A stretch of 62,779 bases of DNA, filler included, from Candidatus Tectimicrobiota bacterium (lineage in GTDB: Bacteria > JACPSX01), in NCBI GenBank assembly GCA_016193065.1. It is 7 parts of 7 records of this genome, joined end to end, with 100 filler letters (N's around TTAATTAATTAA, not from the genome) between each part and the next. Parts side by side here need not be neighbours in the genome. Positions count along the whole stretch, not along the records: positions 1 to 27,074 come from JACPSX010000127.1; 6 more parts are not named here. One strand, given 5' to 3'. Numbering within the stretch: the stretch's first letter is position 1; each line of letters begins with the position of its first letter. The notes under the pieces were generated by a model. The model was not told the origin of the DNA. It saw only the letters and a list, made by a program, of their open reading frames with translations, and did no database searches. Of the stretch, positions 1-9,021 are shown one piece after another. Made by a program: the position numbers and the translations under genes.

Positions 1-87
1 CAAGAGGAACACCGCGGCGAAAACCACAAGTATCGCAAACAAGGAAAAAGTCCGACTCAGGTGTAGCGGAACTTTATGGTTCGGCAT
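1..87 (-). CDS. N-terminus (signal peptide/TM) of an exported protein, runs off the window edge
   Basis: ATG at 87 with AAGGAAGGGAG RBS; translates MPNHKVPLHLSRTFSLFAILVVFAAVFLL. Confidence 0.55.
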   Translation of the reverse strand, partial: MPNHKVPLHLSRTFSLFAILVVFAAVFLL

Positions 88-217
88 TCTCCGGCTCCCT
101 TCCTTTATACGAGCACAACCATATTTCTGAGGACCTCAGTCCCAGCTTGCCGCCCATTACTGCGTTTTCCACTCGGTCCCCTGCGATCCTTTCAAAGAAC
201 ACAGGAGCGATTCGGCC

Positions 218-379
218 TTACTCCCCTGATGGGGAGACAATTGCTGCATGCTCTTTCCTCAAAGGTTTTTTCTTGAGTGGCCTGTGCTCCTTCATAGCGG
301 GATCGTGTGTCCCCTCTTTTTCCCGGCCATCCCGAGAAATCTCTCCCCGTTCTCGATCCCCTTTCACTGGATCCTCCAT
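218..379 (-). CDS. small hypothetical protein (53 aa)
   Basis: ATG 14 nt after the LLM stop with AAGGGAG RBS; no recognisable family. Confidence 0.25.
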   Translation of the reverse strand: MEDPVKGDRERGEISRDGREKEGTHDPAMKEHRPLKKKPLRKEHAAIVSPSGE

Positions 380-392
380 GTCTACTTCTCCC

Positions 393-1427
393 TTAAGCCG
401 GCGACTCGTTCTGGCATTTGAGGCGGGGTACGACCTCCTTGTGAAACAGCTCCAGCTGCCGGAAGAAGTTGTTGGCATGGAAGACAATGATAAAACGCTC
501 CACTCCAGGAATGGACAGAAGAGTGTTTATCTTCCCGGCCAGCATCTCCGGAGTGCCTACCGCTCCGTATTTGACCCGCTCCTCTTGAGTCGGATCACCT
601 TGGGAGCGGAAGATCTTCCGCCCCTCCCGTTCAATGACCCAGCGGGAGTCGCAGGAGGCGGCGTCGGCCATCGCCTCCTCGGGGTCGGGGTTGATGTTCA
701 CCTCAAGGATACTGATCGTCATGAACTTCTCAGGCAGGGTGCGGCCATGCTCTGTCGCCAACTGACGAATGCGATGGTAACAGTCGGTAAAGATCCTCAC
801 GTCATCATCCGTCCGGGCCACTGGATTAAACGCATCCCCGTACTTTGCCGTCCGCTTAATTGCCGCGTCTGGATTCTGAGGCTTCGTCCCCGGCCACATG
901 ACCGTTCGCTGGCCCGATCCCATGCCCGGTCCCCCCGTGATAACAAAGGGAGGGTAAGGCCGCTGCACACAGGGTTCCAGTTTGGTGACCAGGCGGTTAA
1001 TTTTATAGAACCGACCTTCGTAAACAACATCTCCCTCTGTCAGCAGCGTTTTGAGAATTTCGAGCTGTTCGTCAAACATCGCCCCCCGCCGGTCGTAGCG
1101 CAGCCCTAGGTTTTCAAACTCGGGGGGCCGCCACCCCGCGCCCATGCCCAGGAGAACCCTTCCGTTGGAGAGGTGATCCAGGGTGACGATTTCGCGGGCC
1201 AGCAGCCAAGGCTGCCGGTAAGGAACGATTACCGCGCTGAAACCGATCTTGATCTTCTTGGTTTTTGCGGCCACCGCGGCCATCTGCATCATGGGCTCCA
1301 TCCCACCGGGCAGCCCTTCGGGGGTGTAGATCGCATCGTAGCCCAGTCGCTCCGCTTCTTGAGCAAACTCGGGAAGCTCCACAACCTGCCGCTTACTCCC
1401 TTCGGTCAAATAAAAGCCAAATTTCAT
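393..1427 (-). CDS. LLM-class (luciferase-like) oxidoreductase, probably F420-dependent
   Basis: AERLGYD, TKKIKIG, TLDHLSNGRVLLGMGAGW..EF, P.QRPYPP motifs; F420 biosynthesis genes on the same contig. Confidence 0.9.
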   Translation of the reverse strand: MKFGFYLTEGSKRQVVELPEFAQEAERLGYDAIYTPEGLPGGMEPMMQMAAVAAKTKKIKIGFSAVIVPYRQPWLLAREIVTLDHLSNGRVLLGMGAGWRPPEFENLGLRYDRRGAMFDEQLEILKTLLTEGDVVYEGRFYKINRLVTKLEPCVQRPYPPFVITGGPGMGSGQRTVMWPGTKPQNPDAAIKRTAKYGDAFNPVARTDDDVRIFTDCYHRIRQLATEHGRTLPEKFMTISILEVNINPDPEEAMADAASCDSRWVIEREGRKIFRSQGDPTQEERVKYGAVGTPEMLAGKINTLLSIPGVERFIIVFHANNFFRQLELFHKEVVPRLKCQNESPA

Positions 1428-1501
1428 TTGGCACTCCTTCCCTTTTCTTGAGATTGCTAGAGGTGAAATCCTGGCCCGAAAGGCGGGGCTTGGATCAGGT
1501 C

Positions 1502-2089
1502 TTACCTGAGGCCGTCCTCTTTCTTGGCCTCCTCCTTTTTCAGTCCGCCGACACGGGGATGCGGGCGACCGCCATCGCTCACAGCAACCGCCAGCAGGAT
1601 CTCGTTAGCCTTCGGTCCATCGGCCAACCGTATCTCCATGGCGTCGAAATGCGACCGGACGAAAGCTGCGTCTTTATAATGAAGTGGAATGTCGATAGAG
1701 GTCCCTGGACCCCCGAGTTTTTTCGCCGAAGGGATGATGGCCTTGCCGCCGCCCACAGCCTCGCGGAACGGCGTCCCCAACTTCGGGTGGAGCAACGCTG
1801 CGGCGTGCTCCAACTCACCATTGACCCCTACGATGGCCGCCTTGCCGTAGGACTCCACTTCAACATGCGTGCTGCCTCCTAGAGCATGGACGGCTCGCTC
1901 AGCCAGCATCTTGCCCAACTCCTCGCTCGCGTCTATGAGGGGGTTCAGATCTTCAATGAATTGGCCTGCGAACGGATTCTCAATGATGGCTGCTGCTGCC
2001 GCCCGCCGGATGGGCCGCGCCGTATGCCTGCCGCCGTCCATCAGCATCTCCTCCACCCACGTGACCACCTTCCGTATCTTCATACCCAT
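1502..2089 (-). CDS. amino acid synthesis family protein (DUF1185)
   Basis: NPFAG, ESYGKAAIVG.NGELEHAAA, IDIPLHYKDAAFVRSHFD, GRPHPRVGGL. Confidence 0.88.
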   Translation of the reverse strand: MGMKIRKVVTWVEEMLMDGGRHTARPIRRAAAAAIIENPFAGQFIEDLNPLIDASEELGKMLAERAVHALGGSTHVEVESYGKAAIVGVNGELEHAAALLHPKLGTPFREAVGGGKAIIPSAKKLGGPGTSIDIPLHYKDAAFVRSHFDAMEIRLADGPKANEILLAVAVSDGGRPHPRVGGLKKEEAKKEDGLR

Positions 2090-2109
2090 CTCCCTAAAAG
2101 CCTAGGACC

Positions 2110-2709
2110 TCACTTTTGTCCGTCTCCCACCTTCACATCTTCCTTCCGAAGCCCGCCCGAGCGCGCGTAAGGCCGTCCTGAGTCGCTTAGCACGATGACG
2201 GCCACAATCTCATCAGGAGCGGGGGCATCGTTGACCCCTATCTCGATCGTATCGAAATGCGAGCGAACATAGGAGGCATCCTTGTAATGCATGGGTACAT
2301 CCAGTCTGGCGCCAATACCGGCCACTTTCTCCGTCGAGGGAACGATGGCCTTCGCGCCGCCGAGAACCTCTCGCAGGGTATACCCCATCGGCGCATGCAT
2401 CGCACCTCCATGCTCAATCTCACCGGCCTCGCCGACGATCACCCCTTTGCCGTAGGACTCAGCCTGTTCAGCCTCAATCCCCATCGCCTGGATGAGGCGG
2501 ATCGTCAACTCCCGTCCCAGAAATTTATACATCGGATCCATCACGGACAGATCCTCAACGTATCGGCCTGCGCAGGGATTCTTCACTACCGCCAGCGCCG
2601 CCCCTTTTTTTTGCGGCTTCTCCAGAACAGGCCCTCCATCGTGGTACGTCTCCTCCACAATGGTCACGTATTTCCGCACGAAATAGATCCGCTCCTCCTC
2701 ACCCATCAT
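2110..2709 (-). CDS. amino acid synthesis family protein (DUF1185), second paralog
   Basis: NPCAGRY, ESYGKG.IVG..GEIEHG, LDVPMHYKDASYVRSHFD, GRPYARSGGL. Confidence 0.88.
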   Translation of the reverse strand: MMGEEERIYFVRKYVTIVEETYHDGGPVLEKPQKKGAALAVVKNPCAGRYVEDLSVMDPMYKFLGRELTIRLIQAMGIEAEQAESYGKGVIVGEAGEIEHGGAMHAPMGYTLREVLGGAKAIVPSTEKVAGIGARLDVPMHYKDASYVRSHFDTIEIGVNDAPAPDEIVAVIVLSDSGRPYARSGGLRKEDVKVGDGQK

Positions 2710-2791
2710 TTTCTCCTGTACGGTACCTCCAGGGGGAATCGTTCATGGGAGTATGGTTGCATCGAATGGACACGCGGTACTGCCTCGCACA

Positions 2792-3778
2792 TCAGCGGAG
2801 AGCGGTAACCAGATGCTTATGGATCAGGTCCAACTGATCAACCTCGTCAGTGACGGGATTTAGAATCGTGTACTGCAGCCCGATCTTCCGGAGACCATCG
2901 AGGCGAGCCACCATATCATCCACAGTGCCTGTCAGGTATGAGGCCTTTAGATCATCGAAGGACCGGTGCGTCCCAAAGATCTGCTGGAAAACCTCCCTTT
3001 GACGCGTGTACGCCTTTTCCCGGTCCGTCGTGTCAACGATGTGGAGAAACTGCGTGTGCGCGAAAAGAATGCTCGAGGGATCACGGCCGATAGACTGGGC
3101 CTGGGTTTGGATCTGCTCCCAATCGTTCCGCACATCCTCCTCGGCACTCCCGCTGGAGCGGGCAATCCATGCGTCGGCTTTCATGATCCGTCGCAGGACC
3201 CCTCGTGCTATGTAAGGTTTCTCCGGGGCTCCGGGCGCGTGAGTTACAGCACCACCGGCGACCCAGAGAGGCGGCCGGCGTGGCGGCATTGGTTCGATGG
3301 TGACGTTCTCAAATTGAAAGAACTTGCCCCGATGGGTAACATTTTTTTCGCTCAACAAGCGCAGGACCACGTCGAGAACTTCGTCCGTCCTGACTCCCCT
3401 ATCCTCCAGCCGGACGCCCAGGGCCCGGAATTCATCCGGATCCCATCCAGTGCCGACCCCGAAGAGAAACCGTCCACCGGAGAGATAGTCCAGCGTAGCA
3501 ATCTGCTTGGCCAGCAGAATGGGCTCTCGATATGGCAGGACTAGGATTGCCGTGCCGAGCTTGATTCGTTCAGTGCAACCCGCCGCGAAGGTGAGGGCCT
3601 GCAATGGATCAAGCCAGGAGACCGAATAGAGCACCGGGGTCGGAAGGTAATGATCGATGACCCAGATGGCATCGAACCCTAGGGCTTCCACCTTCTGGCA
3701 GTAGGTCTTTAGTGCCTGCGTGCGCTCGTAAGTGAGATTCGGCCACGCGATCGAAGGAATCCGTAATCCAAATTGCAT
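2792..3778 (-). CDS. LLM-class oxidoreductase, probably F420-dependent
   Basis: GFDAIWVIDH, TERIKLGTAILVLP, ATLDYLSGGRFLFGVGTGW..EF. Confidence 0.9.
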   Translation of the reverse strand: MQFGLRIPSIAWPNLTYERTQALKTYCQKVEALGFDAIWVIDHYLPTPVLYSVSWLDPLQALTFAAGCTERIKLGTAILVLPYREPILLAKQIATLDYLSGGRFLFGVGTGWDPDEFRALGVRLEDRGVRTDEVLDVVLRLLSEKNVTHRGKFFQFENVTIEPMPPRRPPLWVAGGAVTHAPGAPEKPYIARGVLRRIMKADAWIARSSGSAEEDVRNDWEQIQTQAQSIGRDPSSILFAHTQFLHIVDTTDREKAYTRQREVFQQIFGTHRSFDDLKASYLTGTVDDMVARLDGLRKIGLQYTILNPVTDEVDQLDLIHKHLVTALR

Positions 3779-3826
3779 CGCCCCTCCTCTTATAGATCTT
3801 AGGCACCTTTTTGAGTGATTGCGCCT

Positions 3827-3856
3827 ATCCTAGGCCGTCTTCCATCCGCGTGTCAA
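3827..3856 (-). promoter_or_regulatory. putative sigma70 promoter for the LLM/DUF1185 operon
   Basis: TTGACA-N18-TAGGAT on the minus strand, about 50 nt upstream of the ATG at 3778. Confidence 0.55.
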
Positions 3857-3980
3857 CACCTTTTTTAACGCTGCCAAAAGATATGCTGCTCGTGAGGGGG
3901 GAACTTATCGATTCTTAACCGTCGAACCTCTTCATCAATTGCCACCAGCGATGAAGCAGCCTACCCGCATTTGAGAACAG

Positions 3981-4009
3981 TTGCGCCAACGCTTCACCTG
4001 CTGTACTAT
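3981..4009 (+). promoter_or_regulatory. putative sigma70 promoter for the enamidase gene
   Basis: TTGCGC-N17-TACTAT, divergent from the promoter above. Confidence 0.5.
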
Positions 4010-4109
4010 CTTCCTGCTCAAAAGGGAAGCAAGACTCGATAGGGTTGCTGCGCATCAGGGTACGACGCAACGGCTTAGACACTTCAAGCCTATTAGAAGG
4101 AGGTGCTAA

Positions 4110-5303
4110 ATGAGCAAGGGACTCATAAGGAACATCGGCATCATCGTCTCAGGCGACCTAGAGAGTCCATTTTGCGATGGGGACGCGGTCCTCATCGTTG
4201 ACGGGAAGATTGCCGCCGTGGGTCGAGAGAAGGAACTCGACGCCGCCGGCGCGGATACGATCATCGATGCGATGGGGACCACCCTGATTCCCGGCCTCAT
4301 CGACTCCCACATCCACCCGGTTTTCGGGGATTTCACGCCGCGGCAACGAACCGTGGACTTCCTGGACTCCGAGCTGAACGGGGGAGTGACGACGATGATC
4401 TCGGCCGGCGAGGTGCACACGCCGGGACGACCCCGGGACATCGTGGGCCTCAAGGCCCTGGCCATCGCTGCCCAGCGCGCCTACGCGAACTTCCGCCCGA
4501 GCGGGGCGAAGATAATGGCGGGGGCGCCGGTCCCCGAGCCGGGGATGGAGGAACAAGACTTCGCCGACCTGGCGAGGGCAGGGGTGACATTGATCGGCGA
4601 GATCGGCCTCGGTGGAGTCAGGACACCTGACCTGGGCGCCCCCATGGTGAAGTGGGCCAAAAAGCATGGGATGATGGTGACGATCCACACGGGCGGGCCG
4701 TCCCTTCCCGGCTCCTCGGCTATCGACGCGGCCGCGGTCATTGAAATCGACCCGCACATCGTGGGACACATTAATGGAGGCACCACCTCCATGAGCAAGA
4801 CCGACATTGACAAGCTGGTCCGGGGGACGACCCTGGCTATCGAGATCGTGCACTGTGGCAACCCCCTCACCGCCCTCTACGCGATAGAAGCGGCCATGGA
4901 TGCGGGGGCGGTGCCGCGTGTGATCATTGGGAACGATGCGCCCTCCGGGACCGGGGTCGTCCCGCTGGGAATCTTGCGAACCCTCTGCCTGCTGACTGCT
5001 TGCACGAGCCTGCCGCCGGAGCAGGCCGTCGCACTGGCCGCTGGGAACACGGCCAAGCTGTACAAGCTCAACCGAGGCCTGATCGGGTTGGGAAGGGAAG
5101 CGGACCTAGTCCTCTGTGACGCCCCCTCCGGGTCCGTCGGCAAGGACGCCATCGCAGCACTGAAGGCCGGCGACATCCCGGGAATCTCCATGGTCATGAC
5201 CGATGGCGTCGTCCGCACCCTCCGATCCCGCAACACTCCCCCTGCAGCCCGAGCTGCGAAGCTGGAGAAGGGAAGCGTGGGCGGACTTCTGGGAGGACAC
5301 TAA
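4110..5303 (+). CDS. ena: enamidase-like amidohydrolase
   Basis: PGLIDSHIH metal motif, GDFTPRQ, GVTTMISAG, HTGG.S.PGS, HINGG.T, GNDAPSGTG, SRNTPPA; collinear, from memory, with Eubacterium barkeri enamidase; AGGAGG RBS. Confidence 0.8.
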   Translation: MSKGLIRNIGIIVSGDLESPFCDGDAVLIVDGKIAAVGREKELDAAGADTIIDAMGTTLIPGLIDSHIHPVFGDFTPRQRTVDFLDSELNGGVTTMISAGEVHTPGRPRDIVGLKALAIAAQRAYANFRPSGAKIMAGAPVPEPGMEEQDFADLARAGVTLIGEIGLGGVRTPDLGAPMVKWAKKHGMMVTIHTGGPSLPGSSAIDAAAVIEIDPHIVGHINGGTTSMSKTDIDKLVRGTTLAIEIVHCGNPLTALYAIEAAMDAGAVPRVIIGNDAPSGTGVVPLGILRTLCLLTACTSLPPEQAVALAAGNTAKLYKLNRGLIGLGREADLVLCDAPSGSVGKDAIAALKAGDIPGISMVMTDGVVRTLRSRNTPPAARAAKLEKGSVGGLLGGH

Positions 5304-5317
5304 GCGATCCTCGCCCC

Positions 5318-5479
5318 TCACTGCATCTCCACCGCAGCCGGGCGCGACGCCGAGGGAGCCGGGAAGCGCTTCAGGATCTCGTACGTCGTGCTGCGCTGGG
5401 CCGGAGTGCGGCCGATCTGCCAGATCAGATCCTGAAACTCCTCGGGGTCCATGTTTTGTCCCTCTTCGGAGCCTGCCAG
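5318..5479 (-). pseudogene. cofH: orphan duplicate of the cofH 3' end (last 53 codons plus stop)
   Basis: aligns without gaps to 7819-7980; 14 mismatches in 162 nt by manual count. Confidence 0.92.
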
Positions 5480-5570
5480 TGAGCTGCATATTGCCGAGGA
5501 TTGGTTTCGTCGGACCGCGTGGGAGGATGTGCTGGCCTTGCCTGTGGCCCTGGTCAACTAGGATCGGCTC
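5469..5570 (+). mobile_element. IS1634-family transposase fragment
   Basis: EPASELHIAEDWFRRTAWEDVL...VN*DRL resembles the SELHIAEDW.RRTALEDLL...NDDRL motif of IS1634 transposases. Confidence 0.6.
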
Positions 5571-5617
5571 AAGTCCATGACCTTAAAGCCCAGGAGTTCC
5601 TCCGGCGCTTTCTCCAG

Positions 5618-6594
5618 ATATGTGGCTAACCACATATGAGCAGCTATGCAGGGATGTGGCAAAGCAAACGATGTGGCGAGAGAGGTATAAGTGACGATTC
5701 CATCGCACCCTTGAGACAAGACCTCGCCACATAGTTGCTCACGGCCTGAGCTATAGTGAGTCAAGAAAAGCCATGAGATTGCGGTCCCGGTGCCACGCTG
5801 GAGGGCGCTCCAGGCTGCGCTCCGCTTGGGGTGGTAGTGCACACGTTTCCAAGGCTCTTGCTTTCATTTCCAGATCGACTTGAGCGTACCGGTTGGTGGT
5901 CTCCAGCGAGACATGACCCAGCCAAGCCCGTATCGTGTTAATATCGACCCCTGCCCGAAGCAGATGGACGGCGGTGGTGTGCCGTATCGTATGGGGGCTC
6001 CCCTTCCAGCGCCCGCTGCGACAGGTCGCTGCCGACTGCCATCGGTTCTGGCGCTGCTCTTCGAGGAAGGCTTCAACGTGACCCTCATAGCGCCCCGGGC
6101 TTGATACTGGTTCCAGGCGTAAGCGACCGAGGGAACGGAGAAACGCAACGGCCGCGATCCGAAATAGGAGCTGTGGATTTTTCGTCGCGGATGCCCGCCC
6201 TCTGGCCACGCTCTGAGCGGCCCAGGCAGCGGCCATGGCGTCGATCTCGGCTGGGGTGAAACGATGGTCCCGCGGCCAGTTCTCAACCTTCCTGGCAATC
6301 CGCAGGCAGTAGTGCGCCCGTATGCGCATTGTGGCGCGTGGTGTTCCTTGACCTGCAAGCGTCTCGAGGTACGCAGCGCGCTCAACGGCGAGGGGGCCGG
6401 CGCGATTGACGTTGGATGGCAGGCGGACGAGAAAAAAGTGTTTCGAACATGGTGTGCACCTCCTTGTTGGAGGATTGAAGCACACCAGTCGTCTCACCGT
6501 CTCGAACTATGTGGCTAAATCCACGTCAAGGGTACGGGAAAATCAATACTTGCGTCACCTTGACCACATAGTTTGCTTTGCCACATAGCTGCTC
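5618..6594 (-). mobile_element. internally deleted RIT (recombinase-in-trio)-like element
   Basis: imperfect terminal inverted repeats (GAGCAGCTATG..TGGCAAAGCAAAC.ATGTGG at 5638-5676 vs 6564-6594); removing it restores RRFLQ|HVLP of the IS91 transposase. Confidence 0.72.
5751..6450 (-). pseudogene. tyrosine recombinase pseudogene (RitA-like N-terminus fused to RitC-like C-terminus)
   Basis: MFETLFSRP..(fs)RAGPLAVERAAYL; then SPHTIRHTTAVHLLRAGVDINTIRAWLGHVSLETTNRY..W..D..LMAFL; the centre is missing. Confidence 0.8.
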
Positions 6595-7060
6595 CATGTG
6601 CTGCCTAAAGCCTTTATGCGCATCCGTCACTTCGGCTTCTAGGCGAACCGAACCAAGAAGCAGACCCTCCCTCGATGCCGAGAGCTTTTGGGACTTTTGG
6701 CTTCTTGGCCCCAAACGGCTCCCAAGAGCTCTCACGATCTCCTGCGGGAACTGACCGGTGGGGATCTCTCCCGCTGTCCCTCTTGTCAGCAAGGAGCCAT
6801 GGTCATCGTTGCCGAGCTGCCCGCTCTCCCCCGAGGGGACTCCTCGTGAGAACAAAGGCTTCGATCTCCAGGCTTCTCCTTTTTTCTTCTCCAAGTGCAG
6901 TCTGCGCACGGCTGTCTCCAGCGGCAGGGATAGGCTCTCCGGAAGCCCTCTCGACGCGCCTGGAGTCGTGCAGTACGATCCCAGAAAGGGTCCGCTCGGA
7001 CCCCTGTTCCTGCCATGCCTCCATCCGTCCCCTACCCCTTGCTTTCTGCTCTGTCCCCTT

Positions 7061-7198
7061 TCCGCTTTACAATCCCCATAGCAAGCAGTACATTCCCGCT
7101 CAGCAGTTTAGCCCAACACGTTTTATCCCCAAGGCTTTTCCAGGGTCTGGGTTGCCCCCATTTCCTTCCAAGGCGCCTCAGGGATAAAAAGCTATAAG
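7061..7198 (+). repeat. conserved terminal sequence of the IS91-like element with an attC-like hairpin (second copy at 50160-50298, minus strand)
   Basis: CCGCTTTACAATCCCCATAGCAAGCAGTA..CGCTCAGCAGTTTAGCCCAACACGTTTTATCCCC...GGGATAAA. Confidence 0.75.
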
Positions 7199-7217
7199 CT
7201 TCATTAGGAGAGATGAG

Positions 7218-7427
7218 ATGAAAACCAAGATGAAAGCCAAACTGAAGATGGTGTACTGGAAAGGGAAGAAGTTCTGGGTTGGCAAGCTGGTTGACCACCC
7301 GGAAATCATGACCCAGGGCGAGACGCTGGAAGAACTGGAAGAGAACATCATTGATGCGTACCGGCTGATCGTCTTTGATGACGTTCCGGCTGAACACGAG
7401 AGCAAGGAAATCGTTCTGATCGTATGA
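7218..7427 (+). CDS. hicB: HicB-family antitoxin
   Basis: WVGKL..HPEIMTQGETLEELEENIIDAY; AGGAG RBS; ATGA overlap with the toxin. Confidence 0.85.
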   Translation: MKTKMKAKLKMVYWKGKKFWVGKLVDHPEIMTQGETLEELEENIIDAYRLIVFDDVPAEHESKEIVLIV

Positions 7428-7597
7428 AGCGCCGGGAACTTATTAAGAAACTGCTAGCCGCTGGCTGCGTTTATGTGCGGCCGGGGTCCCGGCATGACCT
7501 ATACCTGAACCCCAAGACAGGGAAAAAGCAGGCCGTTCCCAGGCACAAGGAGATTGATGAACACCTTGCCAAGCATATCCTAAAGATTCTGACATAA
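7424..7597 (+). CDS. hicA: HicA-family toxin (57 aa, below the ORF-track cutoff)
   Basis: MKRRELIKKLLAAGCVYVRPGSRHDLYLNPKTGKKQAVPRHKEIDEHLAKHILKILT. Confidence 0.88.
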   Translation: MKRRELIKKLLAAGCVYVRPGSRHDLYLNPKTGKKQAVPRHKEIDEHLAKHILKILT

Positions 7598-7818
7598 CAC
7601 CCATGAGGCCCCCGGTTGTCAAGGGCAAGAAACTCCCTGCCAAACACCACCAAACCTTTATTCAAATTTAGGCCCCCCGTGCAGGCATAAGTACTTGAGT
7701 TGTCATAGTGCAAAAGGTATCGAAACCCGTTCCACCCACACACGCGGCAAGAGGAAAGAATGACGCTTCGGGTTTCTTTCGCCGGTGCCCTACTATTCCT
7801 GGAGTGCCTCGTCTCCCC

Positions 7819-9021
7819 TCACTGCACATCAACGGAAGCGGAACGGGAAGCCGAGGGAGCCGGGAAGCGCTTCAGGATCTCGTAAGTCGTGCTGCGCTGG
7901 GCCGGAGTGCGGCCGATCTGCCAGATCAGGTCCTGAAACTCCTCGGGGTCCATGTTTTGTCCCTCTTCCGAGCCGGCCAGCCGCGAAATGCTCTCTTCCA
8001 TCAAGGTGCCGCCAAAATCATCCGCTCCACCCCGCAGGCACCACTGGGAAACCGTGCGCCCCATTTTCACCCAGGCCACCTGCACGTGGTCGATCCAGCC
8101 CTTGAGGAGAATCCGGGACAGGGCATGGATCTTGAGATGCTCCTCCAGAGTAGCGCCCGGACGAGCCAGCCCCGAGCGGTACAGGTCCGTGTTGTGGTGG
8201 ATAAACCCCAGGGGCACGAACTCCGTGAATCCGCCCGTCTCCTGCTGGATCGATCGCAGCAGCAGTATGTGCCGCACCCAGTGCTCCGGCTTTTCAATAT
8301 GTCCGTACATGATCGTAGAGGTTGTGGGGATTCCCAACTCGTGAGCCGTCCGAATCACCTTCATCCACTGTTCCACGGTCACCTTGTTCTTCGAGAGCAC
8401 CTGGCGAATCTGCGGATCCAGGATCTCCGCTGCAGTGCCCGGAATGCTGTCCAGCCCCGCCTCGCGCAGCATCTTGAGGTAATCACGCAGATCCATCCCC
8501 GTCTTCTCGATTCCGTAGATGATTTCCATGGGGGAAAAGGCGTGAATGTGAATCTGCGGCACCGCTTCCCGAATCGCCCGCAAGATGTCACGATAGTAGT
8601 AGGGTTTTAGATCCCTCGGAAGCCCTCCTTGCACGCAGACCTCCGTGCCCCCTCGCTCCCATGCTTCCCTTGTCTTATTTCCAATATCCTGCAAAGAATG
8701 ATTCCAGGCGTCAGGACTCTTGGGGCCCGTCATGAAAGCACAGAACTTACAGCCGATGATACATACGTTGGTGAAGTTAATGTTACGCGTGATCACGTAG
8801 GTGATCGTGTCGCCCACCGCCCTCTTCCTCAACACGTCGGCGGCCAATAAGAGAGCGTGCAGCTCCTCGCCCTTTACCTGAGCCAATACCAGGCCATCGT
8901 TCTCGCTCAGGTCTTCCGGCCCCAGGGCTTTTTCCAGCAATCTCGCCACCGGACTCTCAATGTTTCCCAGGATCTGCCCTAACTCTTCTTCGCTGTCCTC
9001 GTGCTCAAACCACTCTTGCAT
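7819..9021 (-). CDS. cofH: FO synthase subunit CofH (radical SAM)
   Basis: NINFTNVCIIGCKFCAF, EVCVQGG, PGTAAEILD, TSTIMYGH, EFVPLGF, DFGGTLMEESISRLAG; likely start MQEWF. Confidence 0.93.
   Translation of the reverse strand: MQEWFEHEDSEEELGQILGNIESPVARLLEKALGPEDLSENDGLVLAQVKGEELHALLLAADVLRKRAVGDTITYVITRNINFTNVCIIGCKFCAFMTGPKSPDAWNHSLQDIGNKTREAWERGGTEVCVQGGLPRDLKPYYYRDILRAIREAVPQIHIHAFSPMEIIYGIEKTGMDLRDYLKMLREAGLDSIPGTAAEILDPQIRQVLSKNKVTVEQWMKVIRTAHELGIPTTSTIMYGHIEKPEHWVRHILLLRSIQQETGGFTEFVPLGFIHHNTDLYRSGLARPGATLEEHLKIHALSRILLKGWIDHVQVAWVKMGRTVSQWCLRGGADDFGGTLMEESISRLAGSEEGQNMDPEEFQDLIWQIGRTPAQRSTTYEILKRFPAPSASRSASVDVQ

Larger units (their letters stand above)
5571..6849 (+). mobile_element. 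IS91-family transposase C-terminal remnant, split by a RIT insertion
   Basis: 5571-5617 KSMTL(fs)AQEFLRRFLQ joins 6595-6849 HVLPKAFMRIRHFGF*ANR...CPSCQQG..DSS*. Confidence 0.8.
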
